A DNA stretch of 64,000 nt, from positions 124,001 to 188,000 of the forward strand of contig JBODTK010000126.1 in NCBI GenBank assembly GCA_050613775.1, written 5' to 3'. The stretch comes from Neocallimastix sp. 'constans' (Eukaryota). Positions 1 to 13,336 of the stretch are shown in pieces. Each line of letters opens with the position of its first letter. Within the stretch, counting starts at the first letter, position 1. A model generated the notes under the pieces. That model did not search any database, was not told the origin of the DNA, and saw only the letters and a program-made list of their open reading frames with translations. A program made the translations under genes and the position numbers.

Positions 1-503
1 ATTTAATTGTCTCTGTTCCCCACTATCGAAATGTAGCTCATTTAAAGCTAGTTCCACCAAGAAAGAACAAGTATATATAATGATTGATATAATCATCAAA
101 ATCAGAAATAAAGTCATAGGAAAAAAGATGATTTAACACTCTAATCTTCCTAGCGAACAAAACATAGAGATCATCGATGAAATTTAAAGAATTCCATCTA
201 AAAGATGAAAGAGCATTGCATTTAAAAAACCAATGTTCAAAAGATTGATTACCTTCGTCACAACAGGGAGCAAGTCTTGAGATAATCTTCTGAAACTCTA
301 CCCATTCTAATAGCAATAGTAGTATTGTATCTATAACCACAGCGTAAACGTATAATCCACGAAAACCCTAAGTTGAATTGGGGATATTTTAAGCTAAGCA
401 TAATTATAGCTTTATTATTTGAGAACTTGATACTATCGTAGTTTTGACCTTTAATACCATGAAATTTGGAACCTGATTTCCAGTAACGTTCTAAAATATA
501 GTC

Positions 504-1178
504 TTTTTTTTTTTTTAACGGCAGCAAAATTGTTTCATCTTTATTAATTAAATATATGATAAAATACATGTAATAAAAAGAAAAAAAAAAAAGAAAAAAA
601 AAAAAAAAAAAAAATAAAAAAAAAACACAAAATAAAAATAAAATAAAATAAAATAATAGTACAATATATTCTAGTTTCATTTAATTAATATCTGTAAGAC
701 TTCACAAGGGCATTATTATACCGTAGTATAATAATTAATTTTGACTTCACAATGTTAATCATAATTTTAAGATACAAAATTATGATCTTCATTGGTTGTG
801 CTAGCCCTGCTGGCCTGTCTTACTGTTTCTTCAGCATTGACGCTCTTGGTAGTAGTAGTACGATTCGATATGAACCTATTGAACAAAGACCATTGCAGGC
901 CAATAGCAATAGGTATAATCGATTGAAGAAGAGCCGCAGTAATCACCAAAAATGGAGTATCAGAATAAGCACCTGATTTCATCTGGCATTTAAATAGATC
1001 CTTCCATTCCCTTGTACTGTTATTAATACTTCTGCCTCCAAGAAGGAAATTAAACACTTTTTCACACACACTGGAATCAACATACACATTATTTTCAATA
1101 CTATTACAAACATTACTAGCAATACTATTACTAATATTACTATAACTATTACTATTATTACTATTACTATTATTACTA
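504..1178 (-). mobile_element. 5'-truncated 3' fragment of a second LINE family (B) nested inside the family A relic
   Basis: Poly(T) at 504-516 is the poly(A) tail on the minus strand, preceded by TACATGTATTTT...AATAAA. ORF 767-1192 resembles the LINE C-terminus (FLLGG...IPI...KSVNAEETVRQ vs FLLGG...IPI...KSVDVVLIRH). Imperfect 12-bp TSD: taaaatatagtc (492-503) and taaaatatcatc (1179-1190). Confidence 0.85.
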
Positions 1179-1205
1179 TAAAATATCATCATATTTTACA
1201 CATTT

Positions 1206-1236
<31 letters not shown>

Positions 1237-1399
1237 CTTTTTTTGTTCAAAGTTCTAGATTCTTTAGTCCAAGAATAATAAGGCATTTTGGGAATAGATT
1301 TTTAATAAGATCCTTTATAGTACAGTTAGATTTGCTCCATTTTGCAAATGATTTAATTTGTAAGGCTGCGCAGATATCAGCAATAGGAAGGATACTTAG

Positions 1400-1489
1400 T
1401 TTTTTTTTTTTTTTTTTTTTTAGACAGGGAAGAGAATACACTTCCAAAACTTTATTAATTTTATTTTAAAAAATACATGTAGGTGAAAA
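1400..1489 (-). mobile_element. Very short (~70 bp plus poly(A)) family A 3'-UTR insertion nested in a family A copy
   Basis: The reverse complement matches the 3' terminus of the full-length LINE (about 49310-49376, ...gtattctcttccctgtct(A)n). Poly(T) at 1400-1421. 15-bp TSD with one mismatch: aggaaggatacttag (1385-1399) and aggagggatacttag (1490-1504). Confidence 0.9.
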
Positions 1490-2835
1490 AGGAGGGATAC
1501 TTAGATCTCGAGATAAAGCATAATTACTCATAGCAGAATTATGTCTAATATAGTGGTTGTTTTCTGAATTTGTTTTACCATTTTTAGAGAAGGAACCGAT
1601 ACACTAAAAAAGACTAGTATTAATTAATGTTTGAATTCTAGCCATTTTAGATTTGTTTGAACCAAGTACAGGAGAGGATTGAAGAACTTTTTTCTTGTAT
1701 ACAAAAGGAATAAGTTTATTTGAAAAGAAACGTGCAAATGAAAGAAGGGATTTTCTAACTTTAAAATACATGTGAGATATCATTATATCTCACATGTATG
1801 TAATATTATAAAGTTTTATGATTTTCACTATGAGATAAATTGATAACACAAAAAAAAAAAAATATTTAATTCTTACAACAATTATTTTCTTTTTTTTTTT
1901 TTTTTTTTTTATTATTATTATTATTATTTTATTATTACTTGCTGTGCTTTATTTTAATTAATATACAAATAATTTAAATTTAATAAATTATCAATTACTA
2001 AAAATAAAAATTAAAAAAAAAAAAAAAAAAAAAAAGGCTGGAAAATTTTTTTTTTTTTTTTAATCTTTTATTTTTATTTTTATTTTTATTTTTATTTATT
2101 TATTCATTTAATTTATTATTATTATTATTATTATATTATTATTATCATTATTATATTTATAATAATAATTTCTTCAATACTTTAAAAAAAAACGATTATT
2201 TATTATAATTTATTATAAATATTACAACAAAAAATTTAAAAGAAATACAATGATTTCAAAAATAAATTATTAAAATAAATAAGAGAATAATTTATCATTA
2301 TTTTTAAAATCTTAATTATTCATTATATAGTTAGGAAATTATTATATAATGATTACTATTGAACTATTAAATATATTATTAAATCTTAGAATTGAAGTTG
2401 GAGTTGGAATTAAAGTTGAAGTTTAAGTTTTGTTATAGGAATTTAATGTTGAAGGAATTTATTATTGAAGTTTAATATTATTATTATTATAATAATTGTT
2501 TCATTTACAAGTATCGAATATTTCAATTCAAATATTTTTTCCATGTTTAAATATATTATAAATTATTAATATTGAATTTTGAGAGAAACAAAAAAAAAAA
2601 AAAAAATAATAATAAAACGCTATATCACTAATAAATATACTTTAATTTAATTAAAATGATATAATTATTTTATTTTTTTTTTTTTTCTCTTGATCATTTT
2701 TCTTTTTAAAAAATTTTTTTCTTATACACTTTTAGTTGTTTTTATAATAATGAATATTATTATCGATATTATTACCATTATTATTATAACTATTATTACT
2801 ATTATTATTACTATTATTATTGTTTTCTTTCTCTC

Positions 2836-2866
<31 letters not shown>

Positions 2867-2946
2867 AATAAAAATATTATATAATAATTTATCCAATTAT
2901 ATTTTTTAACTAATTATTCTCTTATTGATATATTTTATTCAAGAAC

Positions 2947-4920
2947 TTATTCGAATTCATTAATACTTGGAATACGACGTAATTTGAATAAGAAAATAAG
3001 AGCTACTGGAATAGTTATAATATATATACAAAAGAATATTAATAATACATAAAATACCTGAGCAACATTTTTATTAATATATTCATGTAATTTTTTTTCA
3101 CATCCTTCTAATCCATTAGCCTTGGAAAAAGCTCTACTCTCTTCTGGAGTTAAGCTGGTATAGTTACTAGCTTTAATTTTTTCATGATCAATTTCTGGAT
3201 TAGTAGCATTAGTACGAAGTTGATATGCGTCATAAACTTCTTCAATATATACACGTTTATTTAAAACTCTAAAATTCGAAATTTCTTTATCATCACGATT
3301 ATCATTTTCCTCTACCTCTTCAGTGTTTAAAATATTATAGATATTATATTTAGCAATCGGTGAATTTAAAATTTTTATAACCTCTTCATCATCATCATCA
3401 TAATCAATTTCAATTGCTCTCTTAGAATAATCGGATGAAGAAGAAGTAGAAGTAGCTTTCATAATAGTAGATGAAGATGCGATAGAAGATGTAGTTGTTT
3501 CTTTATTTGAAGTAGTCTCTCTTGCGATAATAGTTGTTGCAGCAACATTATTTCTAGTAGTAGTTGACGCTCTTCTAGAAGTAGTTGTAGTTGATGATAT
3601 TGGAGTAGTGGTAATTGTTTTTTTGGAAGTTGTTTGAGTTACTTCTGATATTAAAGAATTGTTACCAACAGTGTCAGATGGAAGTGGTTGTTGGTCAACA
3701 GTATTAGTATTTTTTTTTTTTTTAATAATTACAGTAACATTTAAGTCATTTACACAATTATCCTTCCTTAAAATTTTGAAGTTGTCATATATAACTTCAT
3801 ATGGAATATTCCAAACAACTGCTTCCTTAGCACAGAAATTACTAATTTCACCACCATCCAATGGTTCCTTAAAGCCACAACAATTAAATTCATCTTGAAT
3901 ATTTCTACGAGTTACTGAAGAATAAGTATCCCACCAGGCAAATGGTAAATTAGTGAATTTAAATGCATCATCATACACACCATAAACTAAGTAACCTAAT
4001 GCCAATGCATTTAAACTACAGAAAATACTGTAAGTAAGCAATAAAGACTTCCAATTTAAGGCAGATCCAACAGAACCAATAATAACTGCAAGATACATAA
4101 ATAAAGAAATAAATATTATTTTTGTTCTATTATTATCATTAATATCTTTGAGATGTGGAAAACTATATCCATGATTAATTTTTAGATAAATATATAAACC
4201 TAAAAGTGTGGTTGCAATAATAATCATAAAGATTAAAGTGGCATTTAATATACGTTGTGAAATCATTTTCTTATTTCGTGTTGGAATATCATATCTTTCT
4301 GGAACATTTAAAATCATTTTTTGAAGCTTCAATTGGGGATCAGTTTTTTCTTTCTTTAAATCATCATATTGTTGATCAAAATAATAATTTTTATCATATG
4401 ATAAATTAGAATGATTTACAACAGAATAAAGTGTTGGATTTTTATAAGCAGCAGTTCTAGAACTAGAAGTACTAGTAGATTTAACAGTTTTAGATTTCTC
4501 TATATCATAAACAATGTTTTTTAAGTTTGATCCACTTTGATCTCTACAGATATCAAAAGTATTTTTCTTAGTTCGAATAAAATCAGATTCATTAACACTT
4601 GTATCATCAGTATTGGATGAAGTACTCATTGTATTATTATCCGATTCATCAGAATTTAAAAATTCAGCTGCGTATTCCCTATATGACCTCAAGACCCTAA
4701 AACTATTGTCAGTAGAAGCTTCAAAAAGTGTATGTGCGGAATATGAATTCATCATTCCCTGATTATTTTCATTTGTAATATTAGAAGATCCATTATTTAT
4801 ACGATTTTCTTCATCATTATTATAATTTTCATAATCAATGGTTATTTCTTGATTAGAATAGATAGGTACTTCAGTCAAATCAATATTAGGCACGTCCGGA
4901 TTAATACGATTTGAAGACAT
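2947..4920 (-). CDS. Tetraspanin-like 4-TM membrane protein (657 aa) with a long N-terminal tail and an expanded Ser/Thr-rich EC2 loop
   Basis: Intronless ORF. Three clustered hydrophobic helices are followed by IQDEFNCCGF (tetraspanin CCG motif), a GC just before a fourth C-terminal helix (VFYVLLIFFCIYIITIPVALIFLF) and a short tail. Confidence 0.82.
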   Translation of the reverse strand: MSSNRINPDVPNIDLTEVPIYSNQEITIDYENYNNDEENRINNGSSNITNENNQGMMNSYSAHTLFEASTDNSFRVLRSYREYAAEFLNSDESDNNTMSTSSNTDDTSVNESDFIRTKKNTFDICRDQSGSNLKNIVYDIEKSKTVKSTSTSSSRTAAYKNPTLYSVVNHSNLSYDKNYYFDQQYDDLKKEKTDPQLKLQKMILNVPERYDIPTRNKKMISQRILNATLIFMIIIATTLLGLYIYLKINHGYSFPHLKDINDNNRTKIIFISLFMYLAVIIGSVGSALNWKSLLLTYSIFCSLNALALGYLVYGVYDDAFKFTNLPFAWWDTYSSVTRRNIQDEFNCCGFKEPLDGGEISNFCAKEAVVWNIPYEVIYDNFKILRKDNCVNDLNVTVIIKKKKNTNTVDQQPLPSDTVGNNSLISEVTQTTSKKTITTTPISSTTTTSRRASTTTRNNVAATTIIARETTSNKETTTSSIASSSTIMKATSTSSSSDYSKRAIEIDYDDDDEEVIKILNSPIAKYNIYNILNTEEVEENDNRDDKEISNFRVLNKRVYIEEVYDAYQLRTNATNPEIDHEKIKASNYTSLTPEESRAFSKANGLEGCEKKLHEYINKNVAQVFYVLLIFFCIYIITIPVALIFLFKLRRIPSINEFE

Positions 4921-7499
4921 TTTATATAATATTATCTTTAAAAAAAAATAAATAAAATAAAAAAAATAAACTAAAATAAAATTTCTTTTGATTATTATAT
5001 ATTTATTAAATTTTGATTATATAAACCTCTATATTATATTAAAAATATGGTTCTTGAGGCTTTTTAAATAAAAAAATTTTTTTTATGTTTTTTTTTTTTT
5101 TATTTTATTTTTTTTTTATAACTTTTTTTTTTATTTTAACTTTTTTTTTTATTTTTATACTTTTACTTTTTTTGTATGTGTTCTCTTTTTTGATTTTATT
5201 TTTTTTTTTTTTATCTTTTTTACTCTGATTTATTTTATTTTTATCTTATTTTTTTTTTTTTTATTTTTTTTTTTTTATTTTTTTTTTTTTTTTAATATTT
5301 CCTTTTTAAAATTTTTGTCAATACAATTTTTTATTATTATTATTTTTTACAGAGAACTTATAAGGCTATCTAATAAGCAAATAGTACTTTATTGGAAAAA
5401 AAAAATAAAAATTATAATTAGTTTATATTTAACATATTATTTAATACATATAAATATATATATAACTTACTTAATATTCAATATTAATAGTATCACTATT
5501 AGTCTTTTTTTAAAAAAAAAAAAAAATATTATAGGGTTAGTAAAAAAATTTATATTATATGTTATATTTATTACAATATATATTTCAAATAATACCTTTA
5601 TATAAGAAAGGTATATATAATTAGTAAAACTATTAAATTATATATTACATTAAATATAATATAATTTATATTTTTTTATTATTATTAAAATAGAAAATAA
5701 AATTAATATTTCATGTCTTTCTTCTTTTGTTAATAATTATATATATATAATTTTTAAATAAATGCTCACCTATTTTTTATATATTTTATTTTAATTTATG
5801 AAAATTACTTTTTAATAATTTACTTTTTTTATAAAAAAAAAGTTTTATCTTTTTAAATTATATATAAAATGTTATTATTGTATAAATATCAAATTTATAT
5901 GAATAATATTAAGTAATAATACACCTTTTTGTATTTAAAAGTTTTTTAATAAATAAAAAAAAATAGGTTCAACGTTTTATATTATAAAATTTAATGTTAT
6001 TACGTAAAACTATTTCTTTTATTTATATATATAAAAAACAAATACAATAAATATTTTAATAGTATTATATTACTATCCTATTATAAAAATAACATTATTT
6101 AAATATTAATTTTTTTTTCTTATTTTTTTTTAAAAGTAGAATTTCTTTTTTTTTTTTTTTTTTTTTTCTGATTTTTTTTTTCTTTAGCTTTACCCTACTT
6201 TTTCCCTTTTAATATTAATAAATAAATACTAATTTATAAACTTTTAATATTTAATAATATAAAAAAAAGAAAAAAGAATTAATTTATACAAATAAATATA
6301 ATATTAGTTTAAATTAACTGAATTAATGTTTCTTTTTTTCTTTTTCTTTTGTAAATTATTAAACTGAATAAATATATATTACAATTATTAAAAGTTATAA
6401 ACGTTTTTAATTATTTATAAATTAAAAGAATTAATATTAAATACTTATAGAAGTAAAAAAAAAAAAAAAAGAAAAAAAAGAAAAAGAAAAAAAAGAAAAA
6501 TAATTAAATATATTAGCTTTTTTGATACTGTAAATTTTAGAGTAAAAAAAAAAAAAAAAATAAAGAAAAAATGTAAGCTTTTATAATAAAATTTTAAAAA
6601 AAATATATATATATATATTAAAAAAGTATATTAGATTTACTTATAAAAATGACATTATTAATTAATTAGAATATATATTGGAATATATTAGATAATATAT
6701 TATAATTTTTAATAAATTTAATCTTTTTTTTTTAATATAAAAAATAAATATAATATTAATAAATATTTTTAATTAAATTAATAAATCAATATGAATAAAA
6801 GAATAAAATAAATTTTTTTAAAATTATACATTTAAAATTATTAAAAAAAAGAAATTTTTTTTTGTTTTGTTATTATTGTTATTATTATTATTAATAGTTT
6901 ATAGATTTTATTATTTACTTAATATCACCATAATAATAATGATAATAGTAAAATCATATTTATATAATAAATTTTGAAAGAAAAAAAAATGAACATATAC
7001 CATTTCATTTATTTTTTTATATATTAGAGATATTAAGAATATTTTATATTTTATTTAATTTTACATTTTATTTATTTATTCATTTATTTATTTAATAATA
7101 TTAATTATAATATAGTGTTATTAATTTATTTTTATTATTTATCATTATTCTTTTTTTAAATTTATTAAATAAAAATTGGAATATATGATATAAAATATAA
7201 TAATCATTACTAATAATACTATTTTTTTTAAAAATATTTTAACATAATATTAAAATAAGAATATTTAGTAAATTAAAATAAATTAAAAATAAATTATAGG
7301 ATATTAATAAAATAAAAATATTAAGGTATGAATTACTACTCTACTCCCTTAATATTTAACATTATTTCAATAATAACTATATAATATTATTGAAGTACAT
7401 TTTATTTTATTTTTTATAAAACTATTTATTTTATTTCTATTTTATTTTATTCAATTTATATTTTATATTCATTACATTCATATTCTACTATTTATTTAA

Positions 7500-7665
7500 T
7501 TTATTTTGTTTTTTAATTTTGTTTTTATTTTGTCTTTAATTTTGTTTTTATTTTGTTTTTATTATATTTTTATTTTGTTTTTATTATGCTTTTATTTTGT
7601 TTTTATTTTGTTTTTATTTCGTTTTTATTATGTTTTTATTTTGTTTTTATTTTGTTTTTATTTTT
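7500..7665. repeat. Degenerate ~11-12 bp minisatellite (TTTTATTTTGT-like)
   Basis: Repeated ttttattttgt/ttttaattttgt units are visible directly. Confidence 0.6.
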
Positions 7666-10600
7666 ATTATAATTAATATATACTAAATATTTATCTACTC
7701 ATTTTATTTTATTTGATTTATATATATATACTAAATTTGATTTTATTATTTTTTATTAATATATTTATATCAAACGTTAAGCTTATATATAATTTTTGTT
7801 TAAATATAATAAATTAATATTGGATATATAATTATAATATTCATATAAATTTAAATATCATATATATTATATTTTACTTTGATATTATATAATATTATAT
7901 CGGAAAATTTTAACTAAAAAAATAAATATATTCCAAAATTTTTTAAAAAAAAATATGGTACTAAATATTTTAAATATATTTATTAATATCAATTTAATTG
8001 AATATAAAATAATTATTAATATAATTATTATATATTATAATTTTTAATCTATTAAAAGTATTGTACAAAATGTTATATAAATATATTTAAAATTTATCTT
8101 TTTTTTCTTTAAATTTTTTTTCTTTTCTTTAATTTAAAATGTCTTTAATATATTTCTATTTAAATATTTAAATGTCTTATATATCTTTATATGGTCTACA
8201 TATTTTATTTTTATTGATAATATCAATATTATAATGTAATAAATATGATAATATATTATAATATATATAATATTTTATTTTTTAATAGAATAGTATTATT
8301 TTAGTTTAATTTTTTTTTCCAATTTTTAAGATATATAATTTAAAAATATTTATTAAATGTAATATTAATATGAAATAAAGATAATATAAAAGTTAATTTA
8401 ATATTAAAAACAATTAATTGGTTTTTAATGTTACACAAATGTTATATAATAATTATTTTTAATACAATATATTTTTAAATATTACAAAAAATAATAATGA
8501 GAATGTTTAATTGCTAAAAACAAATCTTTAGTAGAATGTACTTTATACTTAAAATTGATATATTATTTTGAATATAAATTTTGTATCATATTTTATATCT
8601 AATATATATAATGTATTGTTCATTATATTTAATGTAGTATACTATATTTATAGTATACATATATTTTATTATTAATTACTGATTTTATATATAAAATCAA
8701 TAATAGATAAAATAATAAATATTAAAAAAAAAAAAAAAACTTTTATTTTATTTTATTTAATATATAAAAAAAACATCAAAAAAAAAAAAAAAAAGTTGAT
8801 TATATAAGCATGTTCGTTTTATTTTTGCTATAATTTTTATTATTATAATTATATTTTATTATTAATATTAAATACATTTTATAATTTTCCTTTATTATTT
8901 TTATTATAATTATTATAATTAATATTTATATTTATTTAAATACCAAATTAGAATATTATATTTATATCAATAATATTCCAATTTGATATTTAAATAAATA
9001 TAAAGTAAAATAAAAAAAATACTATTTAACTAAAAAATTATCAAGATTGGCTTTTATTATTTTTTATAATATTTTATTTTTAATTACATTATTTCTGTTT
9101 ATTTGAATTTCATTTTCTTTAATATATAAAAACATTAGTAAATTAAAATCTTAATTTATAATTAATTTTATTATTATTATTACAATTATGAAATGTCTTT
9201 TTTTAATATTATGTTTTTCTTTGGAATTTAAATAATATTAATAAAAATACTTATCAATAAATTTAACTAGCCTTTCTTAATTACATTAATTTTCTTTTTT
9301 CTTTTTTATTAAAAAAAGAAAAAAAAAATGAAAGAAACGAAGGAAAACCATTATATTAATAGAGAAATTAATATTAAATTAACTTTTAATCTTACATTTA
9401 AAGTTAGTTTTATATATTAATTATAGTTAAAAATTTATAATTTCTATTTTTAATTATAAAAATAATTATAATTATTATTATTATAGTTATTAATTATAAT
9501 ACTCTTTATAATAATTTATATTTATTATATTTTGTTTATATTTCTTAAATTTTTATATTTATAATAAAAAAGCTTCTAACAAGTATCAAACCTTATATTA
9601 AAATTACATAAATCTTTTTTTTTTTTTTTTTTTATTTATCAAACTTATTTAATTAAATATACTTTAAGATCAAACATCTTTACAAAATAAAAAAAACTTA
9701 AAATTAAATAAATAAAATTAAAAAAATATATATTAATAAATAGAAAAAAAAAAAAGCTATCAAAAAAGAAAAAACAATTCATGTTTTTATTTTAAGATGA
9801 TTATTATATTTAGATTTAGTTTATTATTTATTTTTATCATATATGTGATTCTTTATTATTATAAGATGAATTAGATTAAAAATATGTTTATTTACACTTT
9901 TAAAAATAAAGCAAGTTTATAAAAATATTATATAATTGATATTTCATGGTGTATTAAAATAAAAATAATTTTTGAACTTTTTTCAATAAATATTGATATT
10001 CTTTATACTTTCTACAACACATATTTTACTAAGTAACAGAAAGAATTATCATAATTAAAGTTATATTCTATGTATCATCATTTAATAAATAAGAAATCAA
10101 TAAAAAAAAAAAAAAGATTGGTTTTTTAAATTAATGATTTAATATATACAAATTAAACACTAATTAATATTCTTTTATCATTTAATATGTCATATTTATT
10201 TTTAAAATCTTTTTTTTTTTTTTTTTTTTTTGTATTTTTCGTATTTTTTGTATTACCATGGAAAATATAAATTATCATTTTTCATAATATCTTTAATAAC
10301 TGTATCTTCTTTTTTAAAAATCTTCTTATTAATTTTAAATTTTAATTAAAAAATATAATTTAAATTAATTAGAATACTTATATTTATATTTAAAATTTTG
10401 ACATAAAACAATAATAAGTAAATATATATACTATTTATTTTTCATTATAAAATTTTCCCATTATCTAAATATTATATAATATCAAAATAATAATTAAGAA
10501 ACGGCATATACATAATATATTTAAAGAATGTATATAGATTTTATTTATTAATTTAATGAGGAAAATATATATTACTTAAAAACTTTTTTATATATATTTA

Positions 10601-11666
10601 TTATTTATATTATTTTATTATTTATTTTATTACTTATATTGTTTTGGATTACTTATTCATTTATTCATTTATTCATTCATTTATTTATTTACATATTAAT
10701 TAACTTATTTTATTTTTGTTTTTATTTTAATACACACTATAAAATATTCTAAACTGCTTTCAAAAATTTTAAATGGTTTGAAGTATTAAAAATATTAAAA
10801 TGATAATTTCATTTTAAATTTAGTGCAAAAATCATAAGGAATAATAAGATGATATTGATATTTCAAAATGCGGTTATAATTTGGTATTATTAATTATTAT
10901 CTATTATTATTATTATCATTGTCGTTATTACTATCATTATTATTAGTAGTATTATTTTTGTTGTTATTTTATTATTATCATCATTACTACTATAAAAATA
11001 TATATATTATAAATTAAAATTCATATTTACTAAAATTAAACCAATTCTAATAATTTTGAAAATGAAAAAATAAAAATTATCTTAAAGGACTATTTAAAAA
11101 ATGCATATATTAAGATTTATAAATTTATAATATTCGTCATATATATTATTAATAATTAAATATATATATTTATATATATTTTTTATGTTATTTGTATTTT
11201 AATATATTATACAATATTAATATATTATTATTACATAATTTTAATTTATATATTTTTTTAATATATTTTATGTTACATATAATTATGATTTGAAGTATAA
11301 AAACTTTTCTCCAAACAAAATAGTATGTTGAAATTTTTAAATATTAATAAATTTATTTTATTTAATTAAATACTATATATATCTATATATATATTACTAA
11401 TTATCTTTAAATTTATCTATTTATTATTATTAAATATTATTATTTAACTTTAAAAACTTTATTATATTAAATTTTAAAACTAATTTTATACAAAAAAATT
11501 CAAAAAAATAAATATTTATTAAATAAAGTTAATTATAATTAAATACCTAAATTAATAATTTTTTGTTATCAATTTTTTCTTAAATATGAGATTTTTTATA
11601 CTTATTTATTTACATATTTATTTACTTACTTATTTATTTATTTATTTACTTATTATTGATTTGTTT

Positions 11667-11746
<80 letters not shown>

Positions 11747-11951
11747 TAAATTTATTAATTTATTAAAATAATACATGTTAAAGTAACATTTTAAACATGT
11801 ATTAACACTAAAAAAATAATTATTAAAGCATATAAAAAATGACTTTGTTCTAATAATATATATGTATATATATTAAATTTACTATTTTACTTTTGAAAAA
11901 GAAACTATAAAAAAAAAAATTAAATATTCAAAAAGTAATTTAGAAAGTCCC

Positions 11952-11985
<34 letters not shown>

Positions 11986-12189
11986 ATAAAATAAATAAAA
12001 AAAAATTCATCATTATCATCTTATACATATAAAAATTGGATTAATTAAATTTTGTTATTATTAATATTCATATTATTAATATTCAACATTATATAAGAAC
12101 ATATTTACTATATTAATTAGTTTATTTTTTTTAATTAGAAATTATATTTATTTATAAAAGTTTTAATTCAACTTGAAGAGAACTCTGAT

Positions 12190-12228
<39 letters not shown>

Positions 12229-12845
12229 ATATATATATTATATAATAACATATAATAATAATATATATAAATATAGTTAATGTTATATTCATGTAACTAG
12301 ATTGTTCATATTAACCCCCTGAATAAAAAGCACTATAGTAAAAATTTAATACTATTATTATTTGTATTATAACAATGTTAAAAATAAAAATATTAAAAAG
12401 AGCATAATAAGAATAAAAAAATTAATAATTTACTAAAAAAAAAAAAAAAAAAAAAATTAGACATATATGTACATATATATGAGTCAAGATTATATAAATT
12501 TAATTATAAATTTAAAGTTAATATATTTTAAATTAAATATTTCTTATTACAAAAAACTAAATTAAATAAAAAAAATATGTATATAAAATAATAAAATAAT
12601 AATGTAAAAAAAAAAAAAAAAATTATCTCTAATTCATTGTATCATATTAATAATATTGTTTAATTTATTAAGTATTACATAAAAATATATTAAATCATAT
12701 TTTCATCTTTATAAGAAAAATAAAAAAAATAATTAGAACTATTTAAAAATTTAAAAATATAAAGTATTTAAAAAATAAATTCATATATATTTGTTAAAAT
12801 TTATGTTTTGTATTAAAAAATAGATATAATATAAATTAATATATA

Positions 12846-13150
12846 TTTTTAGACTGAGATTAACAAGAGGGGAGGACATAATAGCCTCCAGTCTCTCCCT
12901 TAAACATATCAGACTTTCATTGGATTCATTGTCATACCGTTTCGGGTCGATGCGGACCTCTCTCAAAGCAAGGCTAGCTTGAAAGACATTCCCTATACGC
13001 ACTAACAATTATTTAGTTTAGCAATTGGAATACTTATCATGACGATCGAATATCCGATTTCATTTATAGGGAAAAACACCTTGGGATGATAAAAATCCCT
13101 TTATATAAATTCAGGAAGTAGTCTTGGGATCGATCCAGAAACCTTATGTG
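12846..13150 (-). mobile_element. Probable decayed 3' fragment of another divergent LINE family (D)
   Basis: GC-enriched island in AT desert. The minus strand contains gcatcgac-ccgaaacggtatgacaa, which aligns to the conserved LINE motif gcgtcgacgtcgaaatgataaggcat. It also reads ISIPIA in one frame and ends in ...agtct followed by AAAAA, like the other LINE 3' ends in this window. Confidence 0.5.
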
Positions 13151-13287
13151 TATTAATAAAATTAAATTTCATAATATTTACTTATATCCATTATTTAGTA
13201 ATATTAAAAAAAAAATTAAAAAATATATTAAAATTGACTTTTTTTATTATCAAATTTTTATGACTTATTGATATTGAGTCTACATTT

Positions 13288-13336
<49 letters not shown>

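Larger units (their letters stand above)
1..1799 (-). mobile_element. 5'-truncated, decayed copy of LINE family A (3' part of the RT/CCHC ORF), interrupted by two nested insertions; continues beyond the window start
   Basis: The reverse complement matches the full-length LINE at about 47886-48880 (peptides YPQFNLGFSWIIRLRCGY, SFEHW.FKC, AALQIKSFAKWSKSNC). It carries frameshifts, a stop and a small deletion near 1679. Confidence 0.93.
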
